64,000 bases of DNA from Candidatus Zixiibacteriota bacterium (lineage in GTDB: Bacteria; Zixibacteria; MSB-5A5; GN15; FEB-12): the NCBI GenBank assembly GCA_024280215.1, contig JAJRQO010000012.1:50553-114552 (forward strand). The letters run 5' to 3'. Positions 54,151 through 63,806 of the stretch are shown piece by piece (the stretch's first letter is position 1; each line of letters starts with the position of its first letter). The notes under the pieces were generated by a model. It ran no database searches and was not told where the DNA came from. It worked only from the letters and a program-made list of their open reading frames with translations. A program made the position numbers and the translations under genes.

Positions 54151-56622
54151 TTACTGTAATTTAAAATCTATTTTTGCGACAGTTTCGTTTGAGTTATTTT
54201 TTGCCTTTTCAAAATCAAACTTCAGATGTTCATCTTCAACAGTGATTTTCAAATTGATATCACCGGCATACTGTCCACGAAGAATTTCTTCAGCAAGAGG
54301 ATCTTCCAAATATTTCTGTAAGGCACGTTTGAGTGGTCTTGCACCGTATTCTGGTTCATATCCTTTGTCGGCAAGGAAATTCTTAGCATCATCGGTTAAG
54401 TTAAAACTAATCCCTTTGTCAGCCAAGCGTTCAGCAATATCTTCAACTAAGATTTCAATAATCTGTTTGATATGACCTTTATCAAGCGAATGGAATACAA
54501 TAGTTTCATCGATACGATTTAAAAGTTCAGGGTTGAACATCTTCTTGAGTTCTTCCATAATCTTTTTCGTCATTCCACTAAATGATGCGTCAGTTTTTTC
54601 AGCATCAAAGCCAACAGTTTTATTATCACGTAATTGACGTGTACCAACATTAGACGTCATAATCACAACAGTGTTGCGAAAGTCAACTTTACGTCCGAAT
54701 GAATCGGTGAGCGTACCATCATCCATAAGTTGTAATAAAATATTAAATACATCAGGATGTGCTTTTTCGATTTCATCAAGCAACACAACTGAATATGGTT
54801 TGCGTCTGACTCTTTCTGTCAACTGTCCTCCCTCTTCATAACCGACATACCCAGGAGGTGCACCAATCAATCGAGAGACCGCAAATTTTTCCATATACTC
54901 AGACATATCAATTCTAATCAATGAATCAGCATCTTCAAATAAGAACTCAGACAATGAACGAGCAAGTTCTGTTTTACCAACACCAGTAGGTCCTAAGAAA
55001 ATAAATGAACCAATCGGACGACGAGGGTCACCAAGCCCAGCTCTGGCACGACGAATAGATTGGGAAATAGATTTAATAGCCGCTTCCTGTCCGATAATAA
55101 TTTTGCCAAGCTCTTTTTCCATATTGATTAAACGTTTTGATTCGTTTTCTTCAAGACGGAACAATGGAATACCAGTAATTTTAGCAAGTACAGAAGCGAC
55201 ATCTTCTCCAGTCAACGTAACTTTATCATTTTTGCGTTTTTCTTCCCACTCCTCTTGTAAGGCAGACAATTCGTCACCTTTGAGTTTGATATCATCACGA
55301 AGTTGTGCTGCCGTTTCAAAGGCTTGATTTTTGACAGCTTCTTCTTTTTCAACTTGTAACGCTTCAAGAGCAGCTTCGGTGATAGCAAATGATTCTGGAC
55401 GAGTATATGTCGCTAAATGAGCCCGTGAACCAGCTTCATCAATTAAGTCAATCGCTTTGTCTGGTTGGAATTTTCCAGAGACATAGCGGTTAGAAAGTTT
55501 CACAGCAGTTTCGATGGCATCATCGGAGATATTGAGTTGATGATGTTCTTCATACTTAATACGTAAACCTTTTAATATTTTAATTGTATCTTCTTCAGAT
55601 GGTGGTTCTACAATGACAGTTTGGAACCGTCTGTCTAAAGCACCATCTTTTTCAATATACTTGCGATATTCATTGAGTGTCGTTGCACCGATACATCTCA
55701 GTTCACCACGAGCAAGTGATGGTTTAAAAATATTGGATGCATCGAGAGAACCTTCGGCACCACCCGCACCAACGATAGTATGTAACTCGTCAATAAAAAT
55801 AATCACATCGGTTGCGTTAATAATTTCAGTCATGACCGCTTTGAGACGTTCTTCAAATTGTCCACGGTATTTTGTACCAGCAACAAGTGAAGCCATATCG
55901 AGAGTCACGACTCTTTTATTTTCAAGAGTTTGTGGTACTCTATTTTCAACTATACGTTGGGCAAGACCTTCGGCGATTGCTGTTTTACCAACACCAGGTT
56001 CACCAATTAAAACAGGATTATTTTTCTTACGACGTGAAAGAACCTGTGCAACTCTTTCAATCTCATGTTCACGACCGATGATTGGGTCTAAAACACCTTT
56101 GCGTGCAAGTTCTGTTAAGTCTCTACCAAAATGGTCAAGTGCTGGAGTTTTTGATTTTTTACGTTTCTTTTTAAATGATGATGGTTTGCCATTTTGAATA
56201 TTTTTAAGTTCTTCGTACGCATCTTTATAATCAATTTCATATCCAGAAAGAACCTGCGATGCGACCCCTTCTTCATCTTTTAAAAGAGCCAATAAAATAT
56301 GTTCGGTGTCTATATCTTTTGATTGTAAGGCTCTTGCTTCTTGACCTGAAACTTCAAGAGTTTTTTTGGCACGAGCTGTCAATGGAAGTTGCCCCATTGT
56401 CATTGTACCACCAGATGGTTGCACAACTTCTTCAATTGAAGTACGTAAATCAGCAAGGTCTAATCCAAGGTTTGCAATAATATCAATAGCACGTCCATCG
56501 CCGAGTCTGACTAACCCTAAAAGCAGATGCTCCGTTCCTATGTAGTCATGCCTCAGCCGTGATGCTTCATCACGTGCATACTCAATCGCCTTTCGAGCGC
56601 TTTCGGTGAACATTTCATTCAT
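54151..56622 (-). CDS. clpC: ATP-dependent Clp protease ATP-binding subunit ClpC
   Basis: Double Clp_N repeat, two AAA+ modules ([10 protein letters not shown] and [11 protein letters not shown]), and a UVR-type linker (FETAAQLRD). Confidence 0.95.
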   Translation of the reverse strand: MNEMFTESARKAIEYARDEASRLRHDYIGTEHLLLGLVRLGDGRAIDIIANLGLDLADLRTSIEEVVQPSGGTMTMGQLPLTARAKKTLEVSGQEARALQSKDIDTEHILLALLKDEEGVASQVLSGYEIDYKDAYEELKNIQNGKPSSFKKKRKKSKTPALDHFGRDLTELARKGVLDPIIGREHEIERVAQVLSRRKKNNPVLIGEPGVGKTAIAEGLAQRIVENRVPQTLENKRVVTLDMASLVAGTKYRGQFEERLKAVMTEIINATDVIIFIDELHTIVGAGGAEGSLDASNIFKPSLARGELRCIGATTLNEYRKYIEKDGALDRRFQTVIVEPPSEEDTIKILKGLRIKYEEHHQLNISDDAIETAVKLSNRYVSGKFQPDKAIDLIDEAGSRAHLATYTRPESFAITEAALEALQVEKEEAVKNQAFETAAQLRDDIKLKGDELSALQEEWEEKRKNDKVTLTGEDVASVLAKITGIPLFRLEENESKRLINMEKELGKIIIGQEAAIKSISQSIRRARAGLGDPRRPIGSFIFLGPTGVGKTELARSLSEFLFEDADSLIRIDMSEYMEKFAVSRLIGAPPGYVGYEEGGQLTERVRRKPYSVVLLDEIEKAHPDVFNILLQLMDDGTLTDSFGRKVDFRNTVVIMTSNVGTRQLRDNKTVGFDAEKTDASFSGMTKKIMEELKKMFNPELLNRIDETIVFHSLDKGHIKQIIEILVEDIAERLADKGISFNLTDDAKNFLADKGYEPEYGARPLKRALQKYLEDPLAEEILRGQYAGDINLKITVEDEHLKFDFEKAKNNSNETVAKIDFKLQ

Positions 56623-56685
56623 GACATTTCATCCTTTATATAACTATCATTTTCTTTACAAATTAACAAAGCAGCCTATCTGCTT

Positions 56686-57771
56686 TTATTCTATATCTCG
56701 CAATTTTTCACGAACCATTTGAGCTCTTACAAAATCACGTTGGTTGTTATCCATTTCAGCTCCGTAGTATTTTTGTAAATGGGCTGGTTGGGATAACAGT
56801 AATATATCATTTAATAAACTTACATCTAAAAAATTTAACATCTTTGTTGCATGCCCTAATCGAACCGCTGAGAGTAAATTCATAACTTCTTCAGATGTCA
56901 GAACTCTGGCATTTTTTAATATACCGTAAGCACGCCAAATTTTATCTTCTATAATTTCTGAGGTCTCTTCAAGTAATCTTTTTCGTGCTGATGCTTCTTT
57001 TTCAATAATATCTTTAGTAACACGTTCAATTTGTTTTAATATTTCTTCTTCGGTAACACCAAGCGTTGTCTGGTTAGAAATTTGGAACAAGTTGCCCAAG
57101 GCATCGGAACCTTCGCCATAGAACCCTCTGACAATTAACCCAGAATGTGAAATATGCGAAATCACTTTTTCAATCTCACGAGTCAAAACTAATCCAGGAA
57201 GATGTATCAATACTGATGTACGCATGCCTGTTCCCGCATTTGTCGGGCAGGATGTTAAATATCCAAAATCAGGATCATAGTTGTATTCTAAATATTTACC
57301 AATCTCTTGTTCATACTGCAAGGCACGATCAAAAGCACCACGAGGATTTAGTCCTGGTTCGAGTGCTTGTATTCTGAGATGGTCTTCTTCATTTATCATA
57401 ATTGAACATTGTTCATCTTTTGAAATAAAGAGAGCTTTGTCAAACTCCCCATTGAGGAAATGAGGCGAAATCAGATGACGTTCGATTAAAAAGTCTTTAT
57501 CCAATGAATCAATATCAGGTGCTTTAAAATATAAACCATCACTCATTTTTTTTGATCTTGTTACAACAGAATCGACATAACTAATAACTTTTTTTTTCGT
57601 TTCTATATCAGCCGACTCTGGAAAATTACAACCGGCTATGTTTCGAGCAAGACGAACTCGTGTAGAAAGAACAACTAAAGATTCTTTCCCAGCACTTGAG
57701 AGCCATGCTGCTGGAGATTTTGCCATTTCATCAAACATAGTTTTCACTGTATTATCCTTTTTAATTTTCAA
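56686..57771 (-). CDS. mcsB: Protein arginine kinase McsB
   Basis: Phosphagen-kinase-like core: VLSTRVRLARNIAG, NEEDHLRIQ, LTSCPTNAGTGMRTSVLIHLPGL. Confidence 0.9.
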   Translation of the reverse strand: MKIKKDNTVKTMFDEMAKSPAAWLSSAGKESLVVLSTRVRLARNIAGCNFPESADIETKKKVISYVDSVVTRSKKMSDGLYFKAPDIDSLDKDFLIERHLISPHFLNGEFDKALFISKDEQCSIMINEEDHLRIQALEPGLNPRGAFDRALQYEQEIGKYLEYNYDPDFGYLTSCPTNAGTGMRTSVLIHLPGLVLTREIEKVISHISHSGLIVRGFYGEGSDALGNLFQISNQTTLGVTEEEILKQIERVTKDIIEKEASARKRLLEETSEIIEDKIWRAYGILKNARVLTSEEVMNLLSAVRLGHATKMLNFLDVSLLNDILLLSQPAHLQKYYGAEMDNNQRDFVRAQMVREKLRDIE

Positions 57772-58294
57772 CTGTCAAAGCATGTTGTAATGTTTTTAAT
57801 TTATCTCTCAACTCGGCAGCTCTTTCAAAATCTTCAGTCGCAATAGCTTTTTGAAGTTCATCTTTGAGACGTTCTTCTTCTTTAATAGAGAAATCTTCCG
57901 AAGTTGTTTCATCACCAGTCGATTCAATTATAGGTGTCTTGCCTCGATGCATCGACGCTCCATGAATTTTTCGCATTATCATTTCCAAGCGAACTCTAAA
58001 CGCTTTATAACAATCACCACAACCAAAACGTCCTTGTTTGGTGAATTCATCATAAGTAAGTCCACAGCCTGAACAAGTGATAGATTCTTCATGAGCAATC
58101 TGTTTTTGCATCGGCATATTTGCTGTTAAGCCAGACAAAATTTCTGCCAACGGAAATGGCACATTATCGAGCGGAGAATGGAAACCTCGAACAGCCGCAC
58201 ATTCTTTACATAGAGATAGAGCTGTTTTTTCATTATTTACTATTTGCGTAAAATGAACGTTCGAGTCTCTTTTTTTACAATCTTGACATACCAT
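57761..58294 (-). CDS. mcsA: McsA (four CxxC zinc-finger motifs plus a UVR domain), activator of McsB
   Basis: CQDCKK, CKEC, CSGCG and CGDC motifs. The C-terminal UVR motif is AIATEDFERAAELRDKLKTL. I chose the start ATG at 58294 behind an AGGTGA SD. The ORF track extends to 58318. Confidence 0.85.
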   Translation of the reverse strand: MVCQDCKKRDSNVHFTQIVNNEKTALSLCKECAAVRGFHSPLDNVPFPLAEILSGLTANMPMQKQIAHEESITCSGCGLTYDEFTKQGRFGCGDCYKAFRVRLEMIMRKIHGASMHRGKTPIIESTGDETTSEDFSIKEEERLKDELQKAIATEDFERAAELRDKLKTLQHALTVEN

Positions 58295-58311
58295 ATTTTC
58301 ACCTACTTTTT

Positions 58312-58998
58312 TTAACACTCATGTAAAACGCCGTCAACAATTTTAAATTGTCTTTGACATCTGTTTGACAACTCTTGATTGTGAGTCGCAATTAAAAAAG
58401 TAATTTTCTTTTCATCGTTTAACTTCATCATCAGTTCATGGAGTTTGTTGCCTGTTGTGTGATCCAAATTTCCTGACGGTTCATCGGCAATCACAAGCTG
58501 AGGATCATTTGCCAAAGCTCGAGCTACTGCAATACGCTGTTGTTCGCCACCAGAAAGCTGAGCGGGACGATGATCTCTTCTATCTATTAAACCAATAAGT
58601 TCCATCAAGAGTTCCGCACTTACTTTCGATTCTGCTTTACTTCTTCCCGCAACCATCATCGGAATCATAATATTTTCTAATGCGGAAAAATCTTCCAATA
58701 AGTAATGAAACTGAAATACAAAACCAACTTTGTCGTTTCGAAACCTTGCCAACGCATCTTCTGACTTATTGCGTAACTCTTCCCCATCAATTTGTACACT
58801 CCCCTTGGTTGGACTGTCAAGTCCTCCTAAGATATGTAATAGGGTAGATTTTCCAATCCCTGAAGCACCAGTAATAGCTGCGGTTTCATAACGCTTGAGT
58901 TGCAAATTGACCCCTTTAAGGACAGATAATGGTGCTTGCAAAGTTGTAAAATCCCTGTGTATATCATGTGCTGATAATATATGCTGATCAGTCATCAT
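58312..58998 (-). CDS. lolD: Lipoprotein-releasing system ATP-binding protein LolD-type ABC ATPase
   Basis: Walker A (GASGIGKST), LSGGEQQRIAVARAL, and Walker B (VIADEPSGNLD). It is adjacent to a MacB/LolC-type permease. Confidence 0.8.
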   Translation of the reverse strand: MMTDQHILSAHDIHRDFTTLQAPLSVLKGVNLQLKRYETAAITGASGIGKSTLLHILGGLDSPTKGSVQIDGEELRNKSEDALARFRNDKVGFVFQFHYLLEDFSALENIMIPMMVAGRSKAESKVSAELLMELIGLIDRRDHRPAQLSGGEQQRIAVARALANDPQLVIADEPSGNLDHTTGNKLHELMMKLNDEKKITFLIATHNQELSNRCQRQFKIVDGVLHEC

Positions 58999-59094
58999 TA
59001 TGCTTTTTGAACTCCAATTTCTTCAATTCCATATATTTATAACTTCGGCAACTGCCAAAAACTCTTAACAATTTTTCTACATCTCAAAATCAAT

Positions 59095-60321
59095 TTATTT
59101 CCGTAATACCTTGATAACCGATAGTTTTGCCGCTTGATGGGCTGGAAAAAGTGCTGCTAAAAAACAGATAAAAATTGTCACTCCACCTGCCAGTGCAAAC
59201 TCATACCATTTGATAACAAAAGGTAAATACGAGATAAAATAAATATCTGGTGGTAAGGAAATAATTTCAAATTCATTCTGAACAATTATAGCCATAATCG
59301 CCAGTAACCAGCCCGCTAAAACACCACCAACACCTATCCATAAGCCATTTAGAATAAACACTTTACGAACCGATGACGGTGTTAAGCCGATAGTTTTCAA
59401 GATACCAATTTCCTGACGTTTTTCCATTGTCATCATAACTAAAGTCGAGATAATCGAAAATGCTGCCACCAAGACAATCAATAGAAAACCAAGCATCAGC
59501 ACAATTTTTTCAATTTCTATCCATGTAAATAGCTGTTTATATAATACATTCCACGGAACAACATCATAGCGAAATTCCAAGACACCATCGATAATAGCAG
59601 ACAAATCTTCTGCCATGTATATATCTTCAAGTTTGAGATGAACAGCGGTAACACCCTCGCCAGTTTTAAACAATTTTTGAGCAGCTTCAAGTGATATATA
59701 GGCAAGCTGTCCATCAAACTCATGCATTCCTGTTTCAAAAATCCCAGAGATGTAAAACTTGGCAACTCGTGGACGTGCTTTTCGTGAGAGAGTTTCTTTG
59801 TTTAATGAATAAAGCACGACCGATTCACCAAGGTACACGCCTAAGCGATTGGCAAGTTGGTTACCCATGACCATCGTTTGAATCGTGTCATCTTCGGTGA
59901 TAAATGGTCGTAAATCATATTCACCTAAAATAATATTTTGCTTTATATTGGAAGTATTTTCTTCAAGTTCAGGGATGATTCCTCGAATCATAACCCCATC
60001 ACCACCCGATGCTGAAGATATTGCTGTTTTGTAGTAGATAAATGGTGAAGCCGCAATGACTCCGTCAATCTTTTCTACCTTTTCAACAATCGGCATATAG
60101 TCTTCGATAATACCTGTTTGAATAGGGAAAATTGAAATGTGTGATGTTGTCCCTAAAAGTCGGGTACGGATTTCCGATTCAAAACCGTTGTGTAGTGCCA
60201 TCACAAAACAGACTACACCAACACCAAGCATAACACCGATGATAGAAATCCATGTAGAAATCGAAAGAAATTTCTTCCCAGATTTCATATATCGTAACGC
60301 TATAAAAGTCTCATATCTCAT
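59095..60321 (-). CDS. lolC: LolC/LolE-type (FtsX/MacB-fold) lipoprotein-releasing system permease
   Basis: MRYETFIALRY N-terminus, a large periplasmic loop between TM1 and TM2, and a C-terminal FtsX domain ending in AAKLSVIKVLR. Confidence 0.8.
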   Translation of the reverse strand: MRYETFIALRYMKSGKKFLSISTWISIIGVMLGVGVVCFVMALHNGFESEIRTRLLGTTSHISIFPIQTGIIEDYMPIVEKVEKIDGVIAASPFIYYKTAISSASGGDGVMIRGIIPELEENTSNIKQNIILGEYDLRPFITEDDTIQTMVMGNQLANRLGVYLGESVVLYSLNKETLSRKARPRVAKFYISGIFETGMHEFDGQLAYISLEAAQKLFKTGEGVTAVHLKLEDIYMAEDLSAIIDGVLEFRYDVVPWNVLYKQLFTWIEIEKIVLMLGFLLIVLVAAFSIISTLVMMTMEKRQEIGILKTIGLTPSSVRKVFILNGLWIGVGGVLAGWLLAIMAIIVQNEFEIISLPPDIYFISYLPFVIKWYEFALAGGVTIFICFLAALFPAHQAAKLSVIKVLRK

Positions 60322-60623
60322 CGGTTTATTATACACGTATGAGCGAGAAAAAGGCAAGATTTAACTCGATAAATCGCAAAGAATTACACCTTTCAAAACG
60401 CAAAAATTACGCTTAGAGGAAATCGTTTGACTTCATGTCGCAGAATCTGTATTCTGAAGTATGCTAAGAGTGTGGATGGGTTCCAAATCGGCTTAAGTAA
60501 CTTCTTACAAAAGCAAAATAACTGCTCCCACCATCTCTATATGATATCAATACCGCCAAGCACAACTACTATCGAATAATAAGTTAAATTTGTTATAAAC
60601 AACCTCTAACCAAGGAGTTTCAA

Positions 60624-60980
60624 ATGAAACGAATTTTATTCGTATTAGCTCTTATGCTAATACTAACTGTATGCTTCGTCGGAGAAGCATTTGCCTTAAA
60701 CCGTCCATGGACAGAAGCCGATAATAACGATGGTGGCGACGAGCATCCATGGGGTGGCGACGATTATTCAGATGATCCACCACCAATCACAACAAAATCA
60801 GGAAGCTATATCTCCTTCGCTACTGGATTTACTGCAGTAGACTTAATAGTGAAGTATTTCATCTTGGAAGAAATTTCTACTATCAAAAGTATCTACGACG
60901 ATAAACAAGTCGTCTCTACAAATCGCCTTAGTAGACACACAAAATATTCAACAGTAAAAAGTGAAGGAACTCGTAAATGA
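60624..60980 (+). CDS. Small signal-peptide protein with an acidic segment, a hydrophobic segment and a basic tail
   Basis: AAGGAG SD and signal peptide MKRILFVLALMLILTVCFVGEAFA. An acidic segment (DNNDGGDEHPWGGDDYSDDPPP) is followed by a hydrophobic stretch and then a basic C-terminus. Its stop overlaps the bEBP start (ATGA). Confidence 0.55.
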   Translation: MKRILFVLALMLILTVCFVGEAFALNRPWTEADNNDGGDEHPWGGDDYSDDPPPITTKSGSYISFATGFTAVDLIVKYFILEEISTIKSIYDDKQVVSTNRLSRHTKYSTVKSEGTRK

Positions 60981-63232
60981 AGCTTGAGAGAAAAATCCGC
61001 GAAGATTTCTTAGACTCAATGCTTCATTATCTTGAAACATTGATGTCTCAGAAAGATTATGCTGGAGCTGTTGCATATTACGAGTCACATCGTAATGAAC
61101 TGCAACAATCTGGTATCGCGGCGGGAGCTATTTATCACACAACAAGTAAAGCTTACGCTTCTCTCACTCAACTTCAACAAGCACTTAAAACTGCCCGTCT
61201 TGCACAAAATTCCGCCATGCTTGAAGGTAACGATATCCTTTTAGCTAATAATTTTATTACCATCGGATCTATTTTGCGAGACATGAGTGAATTTAAAGAA
61301 GCGGAAAAAGCATACCGTGATGCTGAATCAATTTTCCGTCGTAATGATTCTTTAGAAGGACAAAGCCGTGCATTAAATATTTTGGCTGGTCTTTTCTTTA
61401 AACAAACTGATTATAACAATGCTCTTTCGGTCTTAGTTGATGCCATAGAAATTGCCAAAAAACTTGATGACAAGAAAAAACTTGCCTTCATGATGGGAAA
61501 TATCGGTCGTGTGTATTCTTTCACGGGTAATTTCTCCGAAGCAAAAAAACATCTTCTGACCGCAATTGAGCTTTCTGAAAAATTAGCCGACGATATCGAA
61601 ACCGCTCGGGGTTCTTTATCTCTTGGCTATATTTATTTACAAGAAGCAAACTATACAAAAGCAGAAGCTGCATTTGATAAAGCATACCCGCTTATCATCA
61701 ATGCACAAAGCGAACGTGATGAAGTTTATTATCTCACCTATGTTGGTGAACTACAATATCGCAAGATGCAGTTTGAAGAATCTAAAACTAATCTTGAAAA
61801 AGCATTAGTTCTTGCCGAATCAATTGCTCCAGATTCTATTTTAACTGCTCGGACATTACGTCATTTAGCCGAGTTATCTATTATAGAGTCACAGGTCAAC
61901 AAAGCTCGTCAGTATACATCACGTGCGTGGGTCATATTTGAAAAAGCATCCGACAAAGTTGAGCTTGGTGCCTTGCTTAAAATCAAAGCACAAATTGCAC
62001 AACTCAAAGACGACAAGAATAAAAGTATAAAACTTTTTGTGCAGTCTATCGAAATGCTTTCAGAGTCAGGTGTACGTTTTGAAAAAGCCGAGGCACTTAT
62101 CGCTGCGGGCAAATCAAAACTTTTCACCCCAAGACAACGCTTAACATATTTGTTCCGAGCCGAAGAGTTTTACTCCTCTTGCGGTCTCACTCAGAAATTA
62201 CAGCAGATTGAAAAACTGATAAGCTCAGTAGAACAAACATCGCAACACGCTCCAGTTGAGATACCAACTCAAGCAGGTATTTGCCCTGACAATATTGAAT
62301 ACCTTACTTCTGATAATGAAATCAATCAGTTTAAAACTCAGCTTCCTTTGCTCGGACATACCAATCTCCCAGTACTCTTAATGGGTGAAACGGGAGTCGG
62401 TAAAGATCACATGGCTCGTTATTTCCATCATGCAGTCAGACCAACAGGTCCATACATTGCTATCAACTGTGCCTCGTTGCCAGAGACATTGCTTGAATCG
62501 GAACTATTTGGATATGTTCGGGGTGCATTTACGGGTGCCGACAAAAACAAAGAAGGTCTCTTTGTTGCTGCCAATACTGGTGTACTTTTCCTTGATGAAA
62601 TCGGTGACATGCCATTGAGCCTGCAAACAAAACTGCTCTCTGTTTTAGAAAACAGAAAAGTCGTTCCGCTTGGCTCTACCAAAACAATTGAATTAGATAT
62701 TAAACTAATCGCTGCAACAAATCAAAACTTAGAAGAGATGGTCGAACAAGGTAAATTCAGACGGGATCTTTATTACCGTCTGAGTGGTATTACATTTACC
62801 ATTCCACCTTTGAGAAATCGCAAAGGGGATATTCCTCTTCTCTTAGAAAAGTTTATGATTGGTTCGGGACTTCTCAAAGACAGTCAAAAACTTGAAGTTG
62901 ATTTTGTGCGTCAGTTTATCGCATATGACTGGCCTGGCAATACCAGAGAATTGTTTAACAAAGTCAAACGACTTGAGGTTATGACAATGATGGTTTCTGA
63001 AGGTGATTTAGTTGAACTCTCACGCTCTATGTTTAAAGATGATGTCATCATCGATGATAAAACTCTTTTTGATAAAGTGGAAGAGTTCGAACGGAAAATT
63101 ATCGTTGAAGCTTTATTAGCGGCTAATGGTAATAAATCGGAAGTGGCACGGATGCTTGGCATTCATGAAGCGACCGTACGCACTAAACTCAAACGGTATG
63201 ATATAACTTCAGCGAACTACCAGATGAACTAA
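60977..63232 (+). CDS. Sigma-54-dependent transcriptional activator (bEBP) with an N-terminal TPR-repeat sensor region in place of a receiver domain
   Basis: Walker A (GETGVGKDHMAR), ESELFGYVRGAFTGA (GAFTGA loop), Walker B (LFLDEIGDM), a Fis-type HTH (GNKSEVARMLGIHEATVRTKLKRY), and about 430 aa of TPR-like helical repeats upstream. Confidence 0.9.
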   Translation: MKLERKIREDFLDSMLHYLETLMSQKDYAGAVAYYESHRNELQQSGIAAGAIYHTTSKAYASLTQLQQALKTARLAQNSAMLEGNDILLANNFITIGSILRDMSEFKEAEKAYRDAESIFRRNDSLEGQSRALNILAGLFFKQTDYNNALSVLVDAIEIAKKLDDKKKLAFMMGNIGRVYSFTGNFSEAKKHLLTAIELSEKLADDIETARGSLSLGYIYLQEANYTKAEAAFDKAYPLIINAQSERDEVYYLTYVGELQYRKMQFEESKTNLEKALVLAESIAPDSILTARTLRHLAELSIIESQVNKARQYTSRAWVIFEKASDKVELGALLKIKAQIAQLKDDKNKSIKLFVQSIEMLSESGVRFEKAEALIAAGKSKLFTPRQRLTYLFRAEEFYSSCGLTQKLQQIEKLISSVEQTSQHAPVEIPTQAGICPDNIEYLTSDNEINQFKTQLPLLGHTNLPVLLMGETGVGKDHMARYFHHAVRPTGPYIAINCASLPETLLESELFGYVRGAFTGADKNKEGLFVAANTGVLFLDEIGDMPLSLQTKLLSVLENRKVVPLGSTKTIELDIKLIAATNQNLEEMVEQGKFRRDLYYRLSGITFTIPPLRNRKGDIPLLLEKFMIGSGLLKDSQKLEVDFVRQFIAYDWPGNTRELFNKVKRLEVMTMMVSEGDLVELSRSMFKDDVIIDDKTLFDKVEEFERKIIVEALLAANGNKSEVARMLGIHEATVRTKLKRYDITSANYQMN

Positions 63233-63340
63233 TCTGAAAAGCCTGTTCGATTATATCGTTTTTGAATTTTTGAATTAATATTAGTATTGTGTGAGTCACA
63301 TCATACAATACTATTAGAAATATTTTTTTACTCCTTGGTT

Positions 63341-63378
63341 AATGGTAAGTTAGCTTTTTGCTGGCTTACCATTTTTTT
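63341..63378 (+). terminator. Intrinsic terminator of the bEBP operon
   Basis: AATGGTAAG-loop-CTTACCATT followed by a T-run. Confidence 0.7.
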
Positions 63379-63456
63379 ATGTCGTTAAATTATACGAAAA
63401 TGAACGTAAAGTTCGCACTTCCTTGTATCCTCTTGTTCACCAACAGGTTCACTGTT

Positions 63457-63482
63457 TTGTACTAATTCCTCGGTTCGTACAA
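63457..63482. promoter_or_regulatory. Candidate upstream activator site: TTGTAC-N14-GTACAA, preceded by the GTTCAC-N6-GTTCAC direct repeat (63435-63452)
   Basis: The palindrome is centred about 120 nt upstream of the -24 element. That is the usual distance for bEBP binding sites. Confidence 0.3.
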
Positions 63483-63587
63483 ACATACGAATAAATCAAA
63501 GTAGAAATTTCATCCATTCTCACACATTAAAGATATCTCGTTGTTGTTCTTGTGGTTGACTGTCGCATCGCATCACATCCACCTCTT

Positions 63588-63603
63588 TGGCACAGCGTAT
63601 GCT
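63588..63603 (+). promoter_or_regulatory. Sigma-54 (-24/-12) promoter TGGCAC-agcgt-ATGCTT
   Basis: The GG and GC dinucleotides have the exact consensus spacing (TGGCAC-N5-TTGCW, one mismatch). It points at the BMC shell gene and lies downstream of a bEBP gene. Confidence 0.6.
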
Positions 63604-63627
63604 TAAGATATAAGTGTCATTTTTACT

Positions 63628-63660
63628 CCCAAATTTTAGCTGTGAACTTTGGGTTTTCTT
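63628..63660 (+). other. Leader hairpin 1 (CCCAAA-N14-TTTGGG followed by a T-rich tract)
   Basis: Read directly from the sequence. Confidence 0.4.
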
Positions 63661-63675
63661 TTCTCTTTGGTAAGG

Positions 63676-63714
63676 CCACCCGCACACTGAGGGGAGTGCG
63701 GGTGGTTATTTTTT
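63676..63714 (+). terminator. Leader terminator between the sigma-54 promoter and the BMC shell gene
   Basis: CCACCCGCAC-actgagggga-GTGCGGGTGG (10-bp perfect GC-rich stem) followed by TTATTTTTT. Confidence 0.65.
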
Positions 63715-63806
63715 AACCAACCCCCTCTCAAATCAGCCGATAATTTTACTCGATAAAATCAGAATCTAATTTACAATTACAATACAATCTTATATCTTCT
63801 AATGTA

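Noticed and set aside
55613-56197. 194-aa ORF antisense to clpC. Similar cases are 51578-52108 antisense to pcrA and 36982-37374 antisense to the GlpX-like gene.
   Set aside because: These are shadow ORFs opposite strongly supported conserved genes. They are Ser/Pro/Arg-rich and have no translation signals.
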